24,702 nucleotides of DNA, taken from NCBI GenBank assembly GCA_035642555.1, contig DASQSC010000246.1, positions 1 to 24,702 of the forward strand, written 5' to 3'. Numbering within the stretch: the stretch's first letter is position 1; each line of letters begins with the position of its first letter. The notes beneath the pieces were generated by a model. The model was not told the DNA's origin and made no database searches. It worked only from the letters and a program-made list of their open reading frames with translations. Below, one piece after another: positions 24,696 through 24,702 of this stretch. Origin of the DNA: Streptosporangiaceae bacterium (lineage in GTDB: Bacteria; Actinomycetota; Actinomycetes; Streptosporangiales; Streptosporangiaceae). Both the position numbers and the translations under genes were made by a program.

Positions 24696-24702
24696 GAAGC
24701 GC

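Overview
High-GC actinobacterial DNA (inferred from codon usage and gene families). No RNA genes, CRISPR arrays, integrases or transposases were seen. The window has three zones. (1) About 212-7330 is an accessory-looking block with visibly more A/T-ending codons. It holds a coupled pair on the minus strand (XRE-HTH protein with an uncharacterised C-terminal domain, then a DxD GT-A-fold glycosyltransferase-like protein). Divergent from these are a possible 39-aa leader ORF, an OmpA-domain lipoprotein, a multi-TM protein, a class-A beta-lactamase/PBP-like serine hydrolase and a GNAT. A repeated CTGAAGTTCA box sits just upstream of both divergent starts. (2) 7551-8645 is a stand-alone MetE catalytic-domain (methionine synthase II family) gene. 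(3) 8653-22905 is a self-contained sugar locus. A 10-gene minus-strand operon (ROK kinase, family-5 Opp-type ABC importer, PfkB kinase, two divergent GH4 hydrolases, BadF-type kinase) is divergent from a ROK repressor and a stand-alone SIS-domain deaminase/isomerase. A perfect 19-bp palindrome GTTAGGATA-G-TATCCTAAC lies between the two units and resembles the Streptomyces CsnR box as I recall it. My best interpretation is a PTS-independent amino-sugar (chitosan-type) oligosaccharide pathway with a non-canonical transporter and extra enzymes. A partial LuxR gene opens the window; a PaaI thioesterase and a DUF2071/YqjF gene close it. All product calls come from motif recognition by eye, not database searches.
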